From contig NC_043003.1 in NCBI RefSeq assembly GCF_006345805.1, forward strand, positions 22,382,001 through 22,446,000: a stretch of DNA of 64,000 nucleotides, written 5' to 3'. Below are positions 1 through 12,921 of this stretch, piece after piece. Both the position numbers and the translations under genes were made by a program. The notes under the pieces are model-generated. The model was not told where the DNA came from. It made no database searches and worked only from the letters and a program-made list of their open reading frames with translations. This DNA comes from Octopus sinensis (taxonomy: Eukaryota). The first letter of the stretch is position 1. Each line of letters opens with the position of its first letter.

Positions 1-2160
1 CATCATCATCATCACAATCAAAACCATTTTCAATACTATTCAAATACTATCCTCCAACTGTCTCTTGATATTGTCCCTCATACTCTCATATCTCTCTTTC
101 TCTCTATCATTATTGTACCCAGCTCTTATTGTCTTCCTAACAGATTCCATTATTAGCTCTCTCAACCACCATGAATGCTGTAACAAACCCATGACCACAA
201 CTTTTGAAAGACCAGAGGAATGAAAAGTAACGATTGATGATAAATGCATCAGGCTGTAAAATGCTGTTTCAAATAGTCACTGTTGAACCCACGGGGAAAA
301 AAGGCACCCAGATATTAAATATATTGACTCGGGTTAGCTTTGTGTCTATTGTAAAAATCAATATTATACTCTGAATTAAGGGCAAATATTTTTATGCGAG
401 TATTTTAATATAGGGCAGATCTTTCATTGGTTTGGTTAGAGTACATTTGAAATGAGAGCATGTAAGTCTTTGCAGCAAAGGAAAGGGGAGATAGTGGCAT
501 GTAACATATATGAAAAAATTGTGGCACTGTACTTCTCTGCTTGTCAATTACTTGTTGGCTCAGAAATACTGTCCTTAGTAAACAAGTGCTTAATTTCCCC
601 AAACTGCTGTTTTTATTCCAGGATGTATTTTTTGTGAGATTAACCCAGAAACCATGACATTATTTAACCACCTGTTGTCTCACTGATGCCTGTTGTATCC
701 ATTTTACATTTGAAAATAAATGACTAATTAATTATAATTACAATAATGATGATGTTGCCAAAATGTAATGGCAACCATAGATTTCATGCCAAAGTCTGAA
801 GATTCATGATTTTTCTTGGAATATATATGGCAGTGATTTTTTTTTTTTTTGGTGCCTTCTTCCACTTTATATGTAGTTTACTCTGTTAATCTCCAATTCT
901 TCCAAATTTATCCTTGAAGCACAGAGCCTATTTAATTCTTAGACGAGAGGGATTGGTTTACATGACATCTGGGCATGTCCACAATCTGGTGAGGCACTAT
1001 TAATGGCACAAGACTTAGTCAGCCCTCCTTCCAGTTCTCTATACTTTAGCCAGAAGGTAATTTTCTTTCATAACTGGAAATTTTGACAGGTGCTACCACC
1101 CTACACCAGTGTACACCTGAGAGTAGTGAGTGACTTAAGGGGCAACTCATATTATCCAAAACTTCTGAGGACCCCAACTGAAGCTCTCATCACAATATAC
1201 AGTTTAATGTCTTACCCAGAATGTTTACAATGATTAGGAAATTATTATTGGATAGTGGATTAGCAGAATTGTTAGGACATTGGACAAAATGCTTTGTGGT
1301 AATCAGTTATGGCCTTTTACAATCTAAGTTTAAATCCTGTTTAAGTCAGTATGAGCTTTCATATTTCAGTAGGCAATAACAATAAATAGCAGCCTAATAG
1401 TGGGGTTGATATAATCCTCTGTTCCCATCAAATATGTGGTCTGGTGCCTGTTAGAAATTATTAAAGCAACAAGCTGGCTGAATTGTTAGTGCATTTGAGA
1501 AAATGGTTCATGGTGTCTCTCCTGGCTTTTTATGTTCTGAGTTCAAATATCACCAAGTCAACTTTGCCTTTCATCTTTTCGAGTCAATAAAAACTACTAG
1601 TGAAATGCTGGGGTTGATGTGCTCAACTTTTCAGAAACTTTTGGCTCTGTGTCAGTATCTGAAACTATTATTACTATTATTAAGGTGGAAAGCTGGCAGA
1701 GTTGTTAGCATGCTGGATGAAATGCTTAGCAGTACTTCACCCATTGCTATGTACCGAGTTCAAAATTCCGCTCAGGTCAACTTTGCCTTTCATCCTTTCA
1801 GGGTTGATAAATTAAGTACCAGTAAAACATAATTATCAGTGAAATGATGATGTAATTGGTGGTTGTATATGTAGGGGTTCCAATGCATTGCTTTGCCTGA
1901 GGGTCTATATTGATGTCAAGAAGGCCCTGCCACCCACTCTCTTTCTATTGGTGTTTCTGTGTGTAGTTATATATTACAGATGTGTGGTCTTGTGTGTGAA
2001 TATAACTATGTATGTATGGGTCTGTGAATATGTATATATACATACACACACATATACTCATATATAAGTGAATAGGTATAGCTTGGTTGTTACCTAAAAG
2101 TTCACAGTGAGCTAGAAACTGAGTAAACACCATTGTACAAATATATGTATGTATGTTTAG

Positions 2161-2256
2161 TGCCTGTTGTCATTTTTGTGCCAGAGTTTTATGCTGGTGT
2201 CCTGGAATTTTGGACAGAAATATCTTCAGCAGACTCTTGTACCTTTAGTTGAGTGA
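2161..2256 (+). CDS. Candidate terminal coding exon of an upstream plus-strand gene (CLLSFLCQSFMLVSWNFGQKYLQQTLVPLVE*)
   Basis: Acceptor-like tgtttag at 2154-2160 and 32 open codons ending TGA. It is followed by AT-rich 3'UTR-like sequence with AATAAA motifs (~2618, ~4208, ~4265) inside the CpG-depleted block. An alternative frame is also open and no homolog was recognised. Confidence 0.3.
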   Translation, partial: CLLSFLCQSFMLVSWNFGQKYLQQTLVPLVE

Positions 2257-3633
2257 TATATGTGTGTATGTGTGATATATTATCATCATCATCATCATTT
2301 AATGTGATGATGATCATATATATTACACACAACATATGCATGCATATACATATACTTGCATACATGTACACACTCACATTCCGATGGTCACTTATATTGC
2401 ATATTTATATGCACACATTAAAAACAAACAAATGCTTCAATAGTTTCAATATATGTATAAATACACGCACATACACACACACACACACACTTGTGTTACC
2501 ATGCCAACATGACAATGCTTCTTGTTTTTATTTTTATTTCATTTTTCGTTTTCTTGTATGATGAAGATGATGATGATGAATATGATGTTAATTTTATAAT
2601 TTTATTTTTCAATTCTCAAATATTTTAAATAAAAGATGAAAAAAAAAAAAAGATAATTGTTTTCAAAATGGCTTGTAATGTATCCTGTCATTGAAAGACA
2701 AAAAGTGAAAGAGCAAAAAGAAAAAAAAATGGAAAAAGGAAAAAAAGTTTGAAAATCTGTGACTCTCATTTGCTGATTGAGTTATAGTGTCTCAATTTTG
2801 TGATTAAATTATTGTGTGAGACAACAAAGAACAAAAAAATTGTAAAAGCAGAAGGAAAATGAAAGAAACTGATGAAAAAGATGAATCATATATATATGTA
2901 TATGTATACATATATGTGATTACAAAATATAAAGGAATATAAAAACAAACAAAAGAACTGGTTTTTTTTTTTCTGGCTTTGCTAACAGTGAGGGGCTTAA
3001 ATGACATAATGAATTTGCTTCAATTAATTTGGGACATTACGCATTATGTATGTCTCATTTTTACCTTTTTATTTTCGTTATATTTTCATCTCGAAACCTG
3101 TTGCTAAGAACACTCTCTGAAACTTGATAAGTGTATGTAATTAGATTACATACATACATACACACACATACTCACAGTCGCATGTATGTATATTTGTATA
3201 TGTGTATAAATACATCTATAAACACTCAACTTTGTATGTGTGTGTGTGTGCATATATATATATTTATATATATGTATGTATTGGAAACTGGAAACTTCTC
3301 AGGGTTTTTTGTTTTTGATTGGATGATAGTGATTGATGGAGCATGAAAAAAACCAGTGCAAATTAGCTGTCATCACTGGAGCAAAACAGTGATATGATGT
3401 TTACATTTCTTGTTGGCATTATGAACTGTCATTGTGTCCTTTTGAAAACCAGTGGGATAAGAAGAAAATCATTATTTGAAAAGCAGGGTAGGGTTGGTGA
3501 CAGTAAGGGTATCCAACTCTAAAATGCTGCCACCCACAGCCAACCCATGCTAGTATAGAAAAGCAGGCATCACACACACACATGCACGTATGCATGCACA
3601 CAAAATAGGGCATGCAGAAAATATTCAAATGTA

Positions 3634-3780
3634 ATAAGTTTCGTTTAACCGAGTTGTGAAAAGACCCGTTAGAAATCGTTTGTCAAAGCCCATATCACTC
3701 TTCTACGGAATATATTTTTTCAAATAGGAGCTTTAACAAACAGTCTAACGGGATTTTTCAGTACCCAATCAAAACTTATA
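3634..3780. mobile_element. Small decayed MITE-like inverted repeat
   Basis: tgaaaagacccgttagaaatcgtttgtcaaagc is mirrored by gctttaacaaacagtctaacgggatttttca. Confidence 0.5.
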
Positions 3781-4712
3781 ATTTTCGAATATTTTTTGCC
3801 TGTTCTATTAAATGGACACGCAGAAACACACACACACACACATATACATATTGTATAGAGATAATTCTATAGAAAACTTCAATTTCAGGCATGGGCTGAG
3901 GTCTTGAGGATGCAAACAAGAAATAGTATGTAATATATTTGAAAAATCCCTAGATGGAAAAGTGGCTTCCAGGTACCCATGGGGCTTGGACTGTTACTTT
4001 TTCTCATACTAATCATCAACTATTGTCTGAAGATCAGAAACAAGAAACTCAGAGTAACACTTTGTTGGGAAGTTTTCAGTTTCCAAAAACTAATATAAAT
4101 AACTTCTGAAATCGAGTACTCACTTTACTCCTTCTTGTTCATAATGTTTGTGTATATATATATATATATGATGTATACATACATACACTACTGATTCCAT
4201 CTGTTTAAATAAAAGCATTCTATTTTTTTGATTTTCATAAATATTTATTGCCACTGCTGATAATAATAAATATTAATAAATGATTTTTTAACAAAAAAAA
4301 AAATCATGAATATATTGTTTTAAAAGTAAAATGTTTGTTCATTAATTAACAGCTATGTTGTTAAAAATATGATATATTAACTATTAACACCAGGACAATA
4401 CCTTGAGAGTATCATGGAATGGATGTGAGCTGCCTTGAAAAGAAGGGACAGCCTGTCCTCTTTCTATTGTGTTTTTTTTGTTTTTTAACATCCACTTTTC
4501 TTTCCATGCTTGTAATGTGACAGAAGTTTGAGGCAGATTTCCTATGCTATGATACCATTCCTGTTGCCTGTTTCGAAGCAAATTAATATTTCCCCTGGCT
4601 AGACAGGTTTTCTCTGAATGACTGTTTGCCTGACAGTGACAACCATTTATAATTATCACTCAGTGTCAAGACAAGGACCACACACACAACATATATATAT
4701 ATAACACACACA

Positions 4713-5278
4713 TTGGACTGTCTGGAAAGTTCCTGCCGATTTATAGTAGCTTAACTTTCGACTTATTTTAGAACATGGTTGAGTTCATAAACTAGGATTT
4801 GACTACACCTCCATTTACAGCACAGTTTATGCTATCTTTTCGTGGAAGCAGGTTTATGTTCCTATAATCTGTGTTAATTCTGTAACCCTTTAAAATGGAA
4901 GATAAGAAATTTCATTTTCGGCACTTGATGCTTTGGGAACCAGACACACATTGCTACAGCTTGGCTGGGATGTGTTACTCCACCCTCTATATTCACCAGA
5001 TATTGCTCCTTCGGATTTCCAATTATTCAGGTCTCGACAGAATAGTTTTAATGGTAAAAATTTCAATTCCTTGGATGACGTAAAAAGATACCGTGATGAA
5101 TTCTTTGCCATGAAACCACCTCAATTCTGGGAAGAGGGTATTTTCAAGTTAAAGGAAAGATGGAGACGCATTGTGCCACAAAATGGTTCATATTTGGTTG
5201 ATTAAAGATGTAATGGCAAGTATTTATTGACCTTTTTCTTTCCTTTAAAAATCGGCACGAACTTTCCGGACAACCCAA
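4713..5278 (+). mobile_element. Non-autonomous mariner (internal deletion derivative), copy 1
   Basis: TIR ttgggttgtccggaaagttcgtgccgattt (left copy decayed). Transposase N-terminus MEDKKFHFRHLMLWE is fused to a C-terminus with HPLYSPDIAPSD. Confidence 0.9.
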
Positions 5279-5909
5279 TATCTATCTATCTATCGATCTA
5301 TCTATCTCCATACATACATACATACATACAAGCGTCTTTTACTTTCTCCTTACCAAATCCGCTCTCAAGGCTTTGGTTAGCCTGAGACAATAGGGAGCAC
5401 CTATGCATGGTGTGGAAAGTTCTTACCACACAGCCACGCCTGGGCCTATTCTATGACGTAGTTGGTGACACAGTCACTTGGTATCCTTTTAATTAAGTAA
5501 CTATTAAAAGAGTCACATGAAAGATGATGGTCATAGATTGTGTCCCTATAGTTCAGCGTCTTATTTATTTTAGCCTTCCCTATGACAGAAACTGCCTTTC
5601 CACACCCCTTTTTATTATTACAGGAGTGAAGGCCGTCAGATATTTACAAGAGCGGTATGATCAACTGGATTTGGTTACAGTATCTATCTTTATCTTTTAT
5701 CAGTTTCAGTTATTGAATTGAACTGCAGCTAAGCTGGGGTGTCGCTTCGAAGGGTTTTAGCCGAACAGATCACCCCCAGTATTTATTTTAGGCCTTGAAC
5801 TCACTCTACCGGTCTGTTTTGTCGAGCCACCAAATTACGGGGACGTAAACAAACCCATGCCAGTTGTCATTGCAATGGTTTACGAGCACAACACAGACAA
5901 ACACATATA

Positions 5910-7173
5910 CAGTATCATGCAAAAGTCTTCGGCCACTTTGAACTGTTGTAAATTTCTACTAATAGGCTGTTTCTCATTGCATTTTTACAGACGAAACCTT
6001 GGCACTGTTGTAGCCATTTCCATATCTAATGTTTTGTAGTAGGGATTCCGAATGAGAGGGCAAAATGCGAGACGACTACCAAAAACGGCCGTACAAAAGT
6101 TTTCGGTCATCTCTGACAAATTCTGGAGGCCTAACAAATTCTTGCTTATTAGAAAACGAAATGACTCCCGTTACGCGACGAAAACCGTGAAGTTTGTTGG
6201 GTGAGTGTCTGATGCTGTGGGGTTACATAAAAAGTGATGGTACAAGTAAGTTGGTTAAAATTGACGGTAACTTTAATAGTGCCAAATGCATCCAGTTGCT
6301 CAAGGACAATTTGATACCAGATTTGGATGAAGGTGAGATTTTTCAGCATGACGTGGTTCCGTGCCGCAGATCGCGTGCAACACAACAGTCTGGCTGAGGA
6401 AGGTGTTTACCATATTGGAAGATTGACTAGTCAGAGCCCTGACTTAAATATCCTTTTCTACTCTTGGCTGAAGGCCCGAAATTTTTGGGAGGTGGGGAGC
6501 AGTCGATTAGATCGACCCCAGTACGCAACTGGTACTTTATCGACCCCGAAAGGATGAAAGGCAAAGTCGGCCTCGGCGGAATTTGAACTCCGAAGAAGAC
6601 AGACGAAATACCTATTTCTTTACTACCCACAAGGGGCTAAACACAGAGAGGACAAACAAGGACAGACAAACGGATTAGGTCGATGACATCGACCCAGTGT
6701 GTATCTGGTACTTATTTAATCGACCCCGAAAGGATGAAAGGCAAAATCGACCTCGGCGGAATTTGAACTCAGAACACAACGGCAGACGAAATATCGCTAA
6801 GCATTTCGCCCGGCGTGCTATCGTTTCTGCCAGCTCGCCGCCTAGCCCTGACTTAAATATTATCGAGCAAATGTAGACAGAACTAAAGAGAAGAGTTCGT
6901 CAGAAGAATCTACGCAATCTTGAAGAGTTGTGGGAGCTTAGCCACAGAATGGCATCTCATACCTGTGAAGACGGTGAAGGATTTGTACGCATCTCTTCCC
7001 AGGCGCATTGAAGCAATTACTGAAGCTAAGAGAAGTCACATGAAATATTAACAATGTACAGTGACATCTTGAAATGAATATTATGTAATTTTCTTTATAG
7101 ACATTTTTCTGTTTTAAAACACTGTATCTTGATTGGTTTATGTGAGGTGGCCGAAAACTTTTGCACAGCGCTG
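5910..7173 (+). mobile_element. Degenerate Tc1-family DNA transposon, interrupted by a SINE insertion
   Basis: TA-flanked TIRs cagtatcatgcaaaagtcttcggccac / gtggccgaaaacttttgcacagcgctg. Residual transposase LMLWG...IFQHD...SPDLNIIE. Confidence 0.85.
6452..6843 (-). mobile_element. Composite of two family-A SINE copies with a 17-bp target-site duplication
   Basis: agccctgacttaaatat at 6435-6451 and 6844-6860. The core gcctttcatcctttcggggtcgat (reverse strand) occurs twice. Confidence 0.85.
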
Positions 7174-8015
7174 TAGTTAAAATTTAAAGAAAACAAAAAC
7201 TGGTGAGAGAACAACAAGCAGGTGTATTCACTCACAAAGCATTGATCGGCCCGATGCTATAGTAGAAGGCACTTGTCCGCAGTGCTGTACACTGTGACTG
7301 AACCTGAAATCACATAGCTGCAAAGCGAGCTTCTTGACCACACGGCCGCGCTATAAATCTAAGACTTAGGAAGTCAATGTTGAAAAATTAAATTAAATAT
7401 GAACTTTTTTTTTTAGTTCTAGCATAAAGTCACACATTTTTGACGAGTACGTAGTCGATTAAACGGAGCCTTTGTACTTTATCGATGTCAGAAGGCCGAA
7501 TGAAAACAGCAAAAAGCGAAGTTGATTTCGGTTGAATGCAAAACGTAAAAGATCCATAACTAAATATCACAAAACTTTTTGTTTGAGACGCTATCAATTC
7601 TGTCAGCCTAAGACAGTTTGTATTGTACTCTGTCGTTTATTATGCTTACTGACCAAGTTTTTACGCTTTTACTACGAAATTTAATTTAATTGTTGTTCCA
7701 GTAATAATGTTAAACGTCGACCAAAAAATAAAATAACGGTATTTTCTGCAAGTTACTTTGCCTCAGTAAACTTTATATAGCTCAGCGAAAAATGGTTTCT
7801 AACATTACTCTAGAAAAGACAGATTGGTGTATAAAATTGCTTTCTACAGTTAAGTGTAAAGAAATTTTGAGTGAATATATTCCATTTCCGCAACCACATG
7901 GTTCCGGGTTCAGTCCCACTGTGCGGCACCTTGGGCAAGTGTCTTCTACTATAGCGTCGGGCCGACCAAAGCCATGTGAGTGGATTTGGTAGACGGAAAC
8001 TGAAAGAAGCCCGTC

Positions 8016-8059
<44 letters not shown>

Positions 8060-8126
8060 TCAGGGTGAGTACTTGATAATTGTAAGCACCTGTATATACC
8101 GTTTGGTGGTGTAGGTGGTGGAGTAA

Positions 8127-8611
8127 ATTAATCAAAATAAAAACATGATGCCAAGGATTCAGCGGTACATATGTTTCGGGTCTTTATTAGACGGATTTAT
8201 AACAATGTATAATGTGTGTCTATGGCCTTCTTCAGCCGCGCACAACTACTACCTCAAGGACATGTATTACATCAAAAATTCTACGTTGGGGATGCTAATC
8301 CTCTCATTCGTGTACGACATAATGCGGCAACAGCATAAAAATGAAGCGTCCATCTCATCCTTCTCTACATTGAGAGAAGAACGAGATGGACGCTTCATTT
8401 TTATGCTGTTGCCGCATTATGTCGTACACGAATGAGAGGATTAGCATCCCCAACGTAGATTTTTGGTGTAATACATGTCCTTGAGGTAGTAGTTGTGCGC
8501 GGCTGAAGAAGGCCATAGACACACATTATACATTGTTATAAATCCGTCTAATAAAGACCCGAAACGTATGTACCGCTGAATCCTTGGCATCATGTTTTTA
8601 TTTTGATTAAT
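8127..8611. repeat. Near-perfect fold-back palindrome (~240-bp arms, loop at ~8367-8372), probable Penelope-like pseudo-LTR inversion
   Basis: The arms are reverse complements; ORFs 8145+ and 8659- share the same peptide. Each arm carries a hammerhead motif. Confidence 0.92.
8499..8576 (+). ncRNA. Type-I hammerhead ribozyme motif (mirror copy at 8162-8239 on minus)
   Basis: gcgg-CTGAAGA-[stem II incl. tagac/gtcta, imperfect at base]-GAAAC-gtat-GTA-ccgc. The mirror arm has the palindromic ACATATGT in stem III. Confidence 0.7.
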
Positions 8612-9386
8612 ATATATATATATATGTGTGTGTGTGTTTGTGTCTGTCCCCCCCGACATCGCTTGACAACCGATGGTGGTGTGTTTACGTCTCCGTAAGT
8701 TAGCGGTTCGGCAAAAAGAGACCGATAGAATAAGTCCTGGGGTCGATTTTCTCGACTAAAGGCGGTGCTCCAGCATGGCCACAGTCAAATGACTGAAACA
8801 AGTAAAAGAGTAAAAAAAATACATAAAAAGTGGTTTCATAATTTTTGGGAAGTTTCTTCGTTCAAGGGAGATAATTCTCAGTATTTGTTAGATCAGATCA
8901 GTTGCGATCTAGCTGACCTTTGATCGAAGGCAATCTAGCTGTGACCCCTCCGATTTTTTCGTATTGGCAAAGTGACGTATGATTACGTCATATAGCGTGG
9001 TATTCTTTTCTAAGACTACAATGTGTGATTTGAAGAAATTACAGTTGTTACTTCTAGTAACTTCAGCGTCTGCGTAGGAGCTCCGTTCGCTCATAACGAC
9101 AAGTGAATCTTCTGGGAAGCATCTTCATAACTGAGAAACGAAGTTTTGGGGTAGAGAAATATCTCTTTATCTTACGTTTCATGGAGAAATTAAAGTGAAT
9201 GTCTTCATAGAAAAAAAATGCTTAATAAATTGGCAAATAAATAAACAAATAAATAAGTTTCAAGGGAGATAACTTGTATTCAGCATATGGGACATAACTT
9301 TCGGGAATAAATGTAAGGGAGATAATACTAATATAGAAAATTTATCCTCATTTAAACGTTCTCTTAGAATAAACTATACTGCGGTA

Positions 9387-9612
9387 CTCTCTTTTACTCA
9401 TTTACTTGTTTCAGTCATTTGACTGTGGCTATGCTGGAGCACCGCCTTTAGTCGAGCAAATCGACCCCAGGACATATTCTTTGTAAGCCTAGTGCTTATT
9501 CTATCGGTGTCTTTTGCTGAACCGCTAAGTTACGGGGACGTAAACACACCAGCATCGGTTGTCAAGCGATGTTGGGGGGGACAAACACAAACACGCAAAC
9601 ACACACACACAC

Positions 9613-9645
<33 letters not shown>

Positions 9646-9843
9646 TATATATATATATTATATATATATACATATACCTATATACAACGGGCTTCTTTCA
9701 GTTTCCGTCCACCAAATCCAGTCACAAGGCGTTGGTCGGCCCGAGGCTATAGTAGAAGAAACTTGCCCAAGATGCCACGCAGTGGGACTGAACCCAGAAC
9801 CATGTGGTTGGTAAGCAAGCCCTTTACCACACAGCCACTCCTA
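9387..9843 (-). mobile_element. Family-B tRNA-derived SINE, full length
   Basis: Head aggagtggctgtgtggtaa...ggttcagtccc, internal microsatellite and gtaaaagag-type tail. Other copies: 26565-26970(+), 27290-27695(-), 33897-34258(+), 35440-35730(-), 44650-45143(-). Confidence 0.85.
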
Positions 9844-10489
9844 TTTTTTTAAACAAACCCATTAAAAAGAAAGAAGCATTACTTCTTGGTAGTAATACTG
9901 CCTGTGTCGCTAATAAATATGATATTGAAAAATGATGTTACACTAAACTGTAAAGGCTATTTTAATTTTCTCAGCGTATGGTGGTTTGAAAAAATAGTAG
10001 GAGCAAGGATACTAGTTTTCGGCAAACTTCATTGAAAAGTGTGGTATATATTTTCAAAAGAAGAAATGATGAAAATATCAGGTCATGAGAGAGTCTTGCA
10101 GCCCCTGGGATGTTATTTTTGTGAGCCTTAGAACTCATAAGGTCGGGTCATTATCGAATTTCCATTGTTCATAAGTGACTGAGTTTACAAGACTCCTTAC
10201 TGAATGGGGCGCCAGTACGTTGTTGGGTTAACTTCTGAGCTGTTACTGGAATCCACTTGCAGCTGCGTGGACTAAAGCAACATGACTTGAAACGCTTTGC
10301 TCAAGAACACAACGCACCGACTGGTCCGGGAATCGAAATTACGATCGTAAAATCGTGTGAGCAATATCTTCACCATTAGACCACGCGCCTTTACTTGAAT
10401 GTAATTTTGTATATAGAAATAATTTTGTTTTGATTATTATTAAAGATATTCTAACTTTCTAGGCCTGATAGACATTGTATTATATATAT

Positions 10490-10718
10490 TTCTATACTGC
10501 CCACAAGGGGCTAAACATAGAGGGGGCAAACAAGGACAGACGAAGGGATTGAGTCGATTATATCAACCCCAGTGCGAAACTGGTACTTTATTTATCGACC
10601 CCGAAAGGATGAAAGGCAAAGTTGACCTCGGCGGAATTTGAACTCAGAACGTAACGACAGACGAAATACCGCTAAGCATTTCGCCCGGTGCGCTAACGAT
10701 TCTGCCAGCTCGCCGCCT
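10490..10718 (-). mobile_element. Family-A SINE (Meta-SINE-type core)
   Basis: Core gtcgactttgcctttcatcctttcggggtcgataaa..aagtaccag. Other copies: 15190-15420, 20400-20617, 28020-28230, 41359-41588(+), 56050-56230, 58415-58628, 59130-59560, plus many decayed ones. Confidence 0.85.
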
Positions 10719-12869
10719 TATTGTATTATATATCTAGACATTGTATTATATATCTATTTAGCGATTCTCTTATTAATATTTCACAAGCACCATGAGGAAC
10801 GCGGTGTAATAAAACCGAAACATAGCAACAGTTGTCTCCCTTACTGACCTGAATGATTAAAACATTAGATACTGACTAATGTTTTGTTGTCCTTCCAATT
10901 AACTCTGACACTTTCTATATTAAATCTAACTTAATTATAAAGCTATATGGTAGAGTAGTGAGAGCGTTAGAAAAAATGCTTTGTGGTACTTTTTCTGGAT
11001 CACTCTGGTCTGAGTTCAAATCCCACCTTAGGTAACTTCGTCATTCATTTTTTTAGGGTCGATAAAATAAATTGCTAGTCTAAGAATACATATTGGTAGA
11101 ATTGTCAGAGGGTTGTTGCCTTCTGGTATCTGTTACGACTCTTTGTGTACCAAGTTCTTGCCATTTAGATTTAATCAGCGTATTGTCATCCTGTGGTCCC
11201 TCGGTAGCTGCAGCAGAATTCACAATGCTGCAAGAGTTCAAAACAGGTCCCCGGTTTCAGGATATCCCCCTCTCTTACTTCCATCAGTCTCAAAACTCCG
11301 AAAGAAAAAAGAAGAAAAACTGGTTCCTGACAAAATTGTGTGTGTGTGTGTATGCCCCTACATATATATATATATAAATTGAGGAGAAGAGAACTTCAAA
11401 TCGATGTTACGATCTTTTCCGTAAACGAATGTCGTTTATTCCATACCACATATAAAGTTATGCAATACGTGCATTGTATGCGACTTATGTAATAACATTA
11501 TTGTTCACTACTTCTTCTGACATATGTGTGCGTGCGTGTGTGTGTGGAGAGAGAGAGAGAGAGAAGGGGGAGAGAGAGAGAGAGAGATCCCTAAATATTG
11601 TGCATATGTAATAAATGTGAAAAAAATATACCCCTCTGCGTTTAGTCGTGTTCATTTACGACCTGCGTTCAAATCCTACTGATGACAACTTCACCCTTCT
11701 TCTTTCCACTTGCCATACAATATTTTACATAACTGGGTTTGTTACGCTTTTTACAGTAAAGTATTGGGTTTATTGTAACCGACTATAATTCCAACTCAGA
11801 ATAATTTGCTGGGTGCATTTCTGAGCTTAATCAATAGGCAGTGGAATCAAGTATTTCTTATTTACAATCAGTTGCTGTTCCTTTTTAGACATCCACTGTA
11901 CACAAACGGACATTGTTTGGTCACATCAAACTGACCTTGCCGTGTCAGAGCTAAAAATCGATCGGAAATAGTGTAACAGGATGTGATCTTCCGCTGTTGT
12001 CTAAATTAATAATATTAATTGATCATTTTACTAAGAAGACACTTGTTAAAACAACTTTGTCCTTGCTCTTTGCCGCGTTGAGCTTTATCTATTTACATTA
12101 TTCACAAATAGTTTATTTACAATTATGTACAATGTCCTTTTAGTAAACGTTTTGATGCTTCTTATCTTAAATACGAGTTGGAAACTTGGCAGTCATTCCG
12201 GTTTTTTGTGTTCTAAGTTCAAATCCAGCCGAGCTCTGCTTTACCTTCTTTCATCCTTTCGTGGTTGATAAATAATATATCAGGCTAGTGCTGAGGTCAA
12301 TTACTTGTTCTCTCTCATATTCTATGAGGAAGAAATTAGTTATAGCTAGATATAGAAAAGGATGGACACCGTCAGATTTAAAATGTACCAAAACATATCG
12401 TATGTCGTGACAGCACCCCTAAGACTCATAAAGAGTTAGGGACTCATGCCTGTCGTACTTAACTATTGATCTTTTATGCGGATGGCACACCTAAGAGTAA
12501 TTTATTCGCTTAATGATTGTTATTCTTATCTATTACTACTAACACAAATTGACGTAATAAATATTATAGAAATAGATGTTACTATCTCCAACTGAAGATT
12601 GCAAAGCATGTTTTTTCATGCACTGCATGAAATCAGTTGATATTGGGGTATGTAAACTATTTTCAAATTCCATCCTGAAGGCAGGCCTATTTTTTAAAAT
12701 ATTCATTGCATTGCTCGTGTGTGTATTTATCGTAGGATTGGTGGGTTTTGAAGCTTTCGCTTTCATCTTTGGCAAGCGGTATTTTTACCCTTCTTTTATT
12801 CAAATATTTCATATTATACCTATTAAGGTAGAAGTCTTGCTAGCCACCTTATTTTTAATAGTAATAATG

Positions 12870-12916
<47 letters not shown>

Positions 12917-12921
<5 letters not shown>

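Larger units (their letters stand above)
7890..8812 (+). mobile_element. Family-B SINE split at its internal (TA)n by a fold-back insertion
   Basis: 5' half caaccacatggttccgggttcagtcccact...agcccgtcg and 3' half ...ggcggtgctccagcatggcc...gactgaaacaagtaaaagag match intact copies at 9387-9843 and 26565-26970. Confidence 0.85.

Noticed and set aside
40-660. Minus-strand ORFs with faint Penelope-like character
   Set aside because: No diagnostic GIY-YIG or RT motif can be read.
8145-8435. 96-aa ORF and its mirror, apparently a duplicated gene
   Set aside because: A by-product of the palindrome, with no protein motif.
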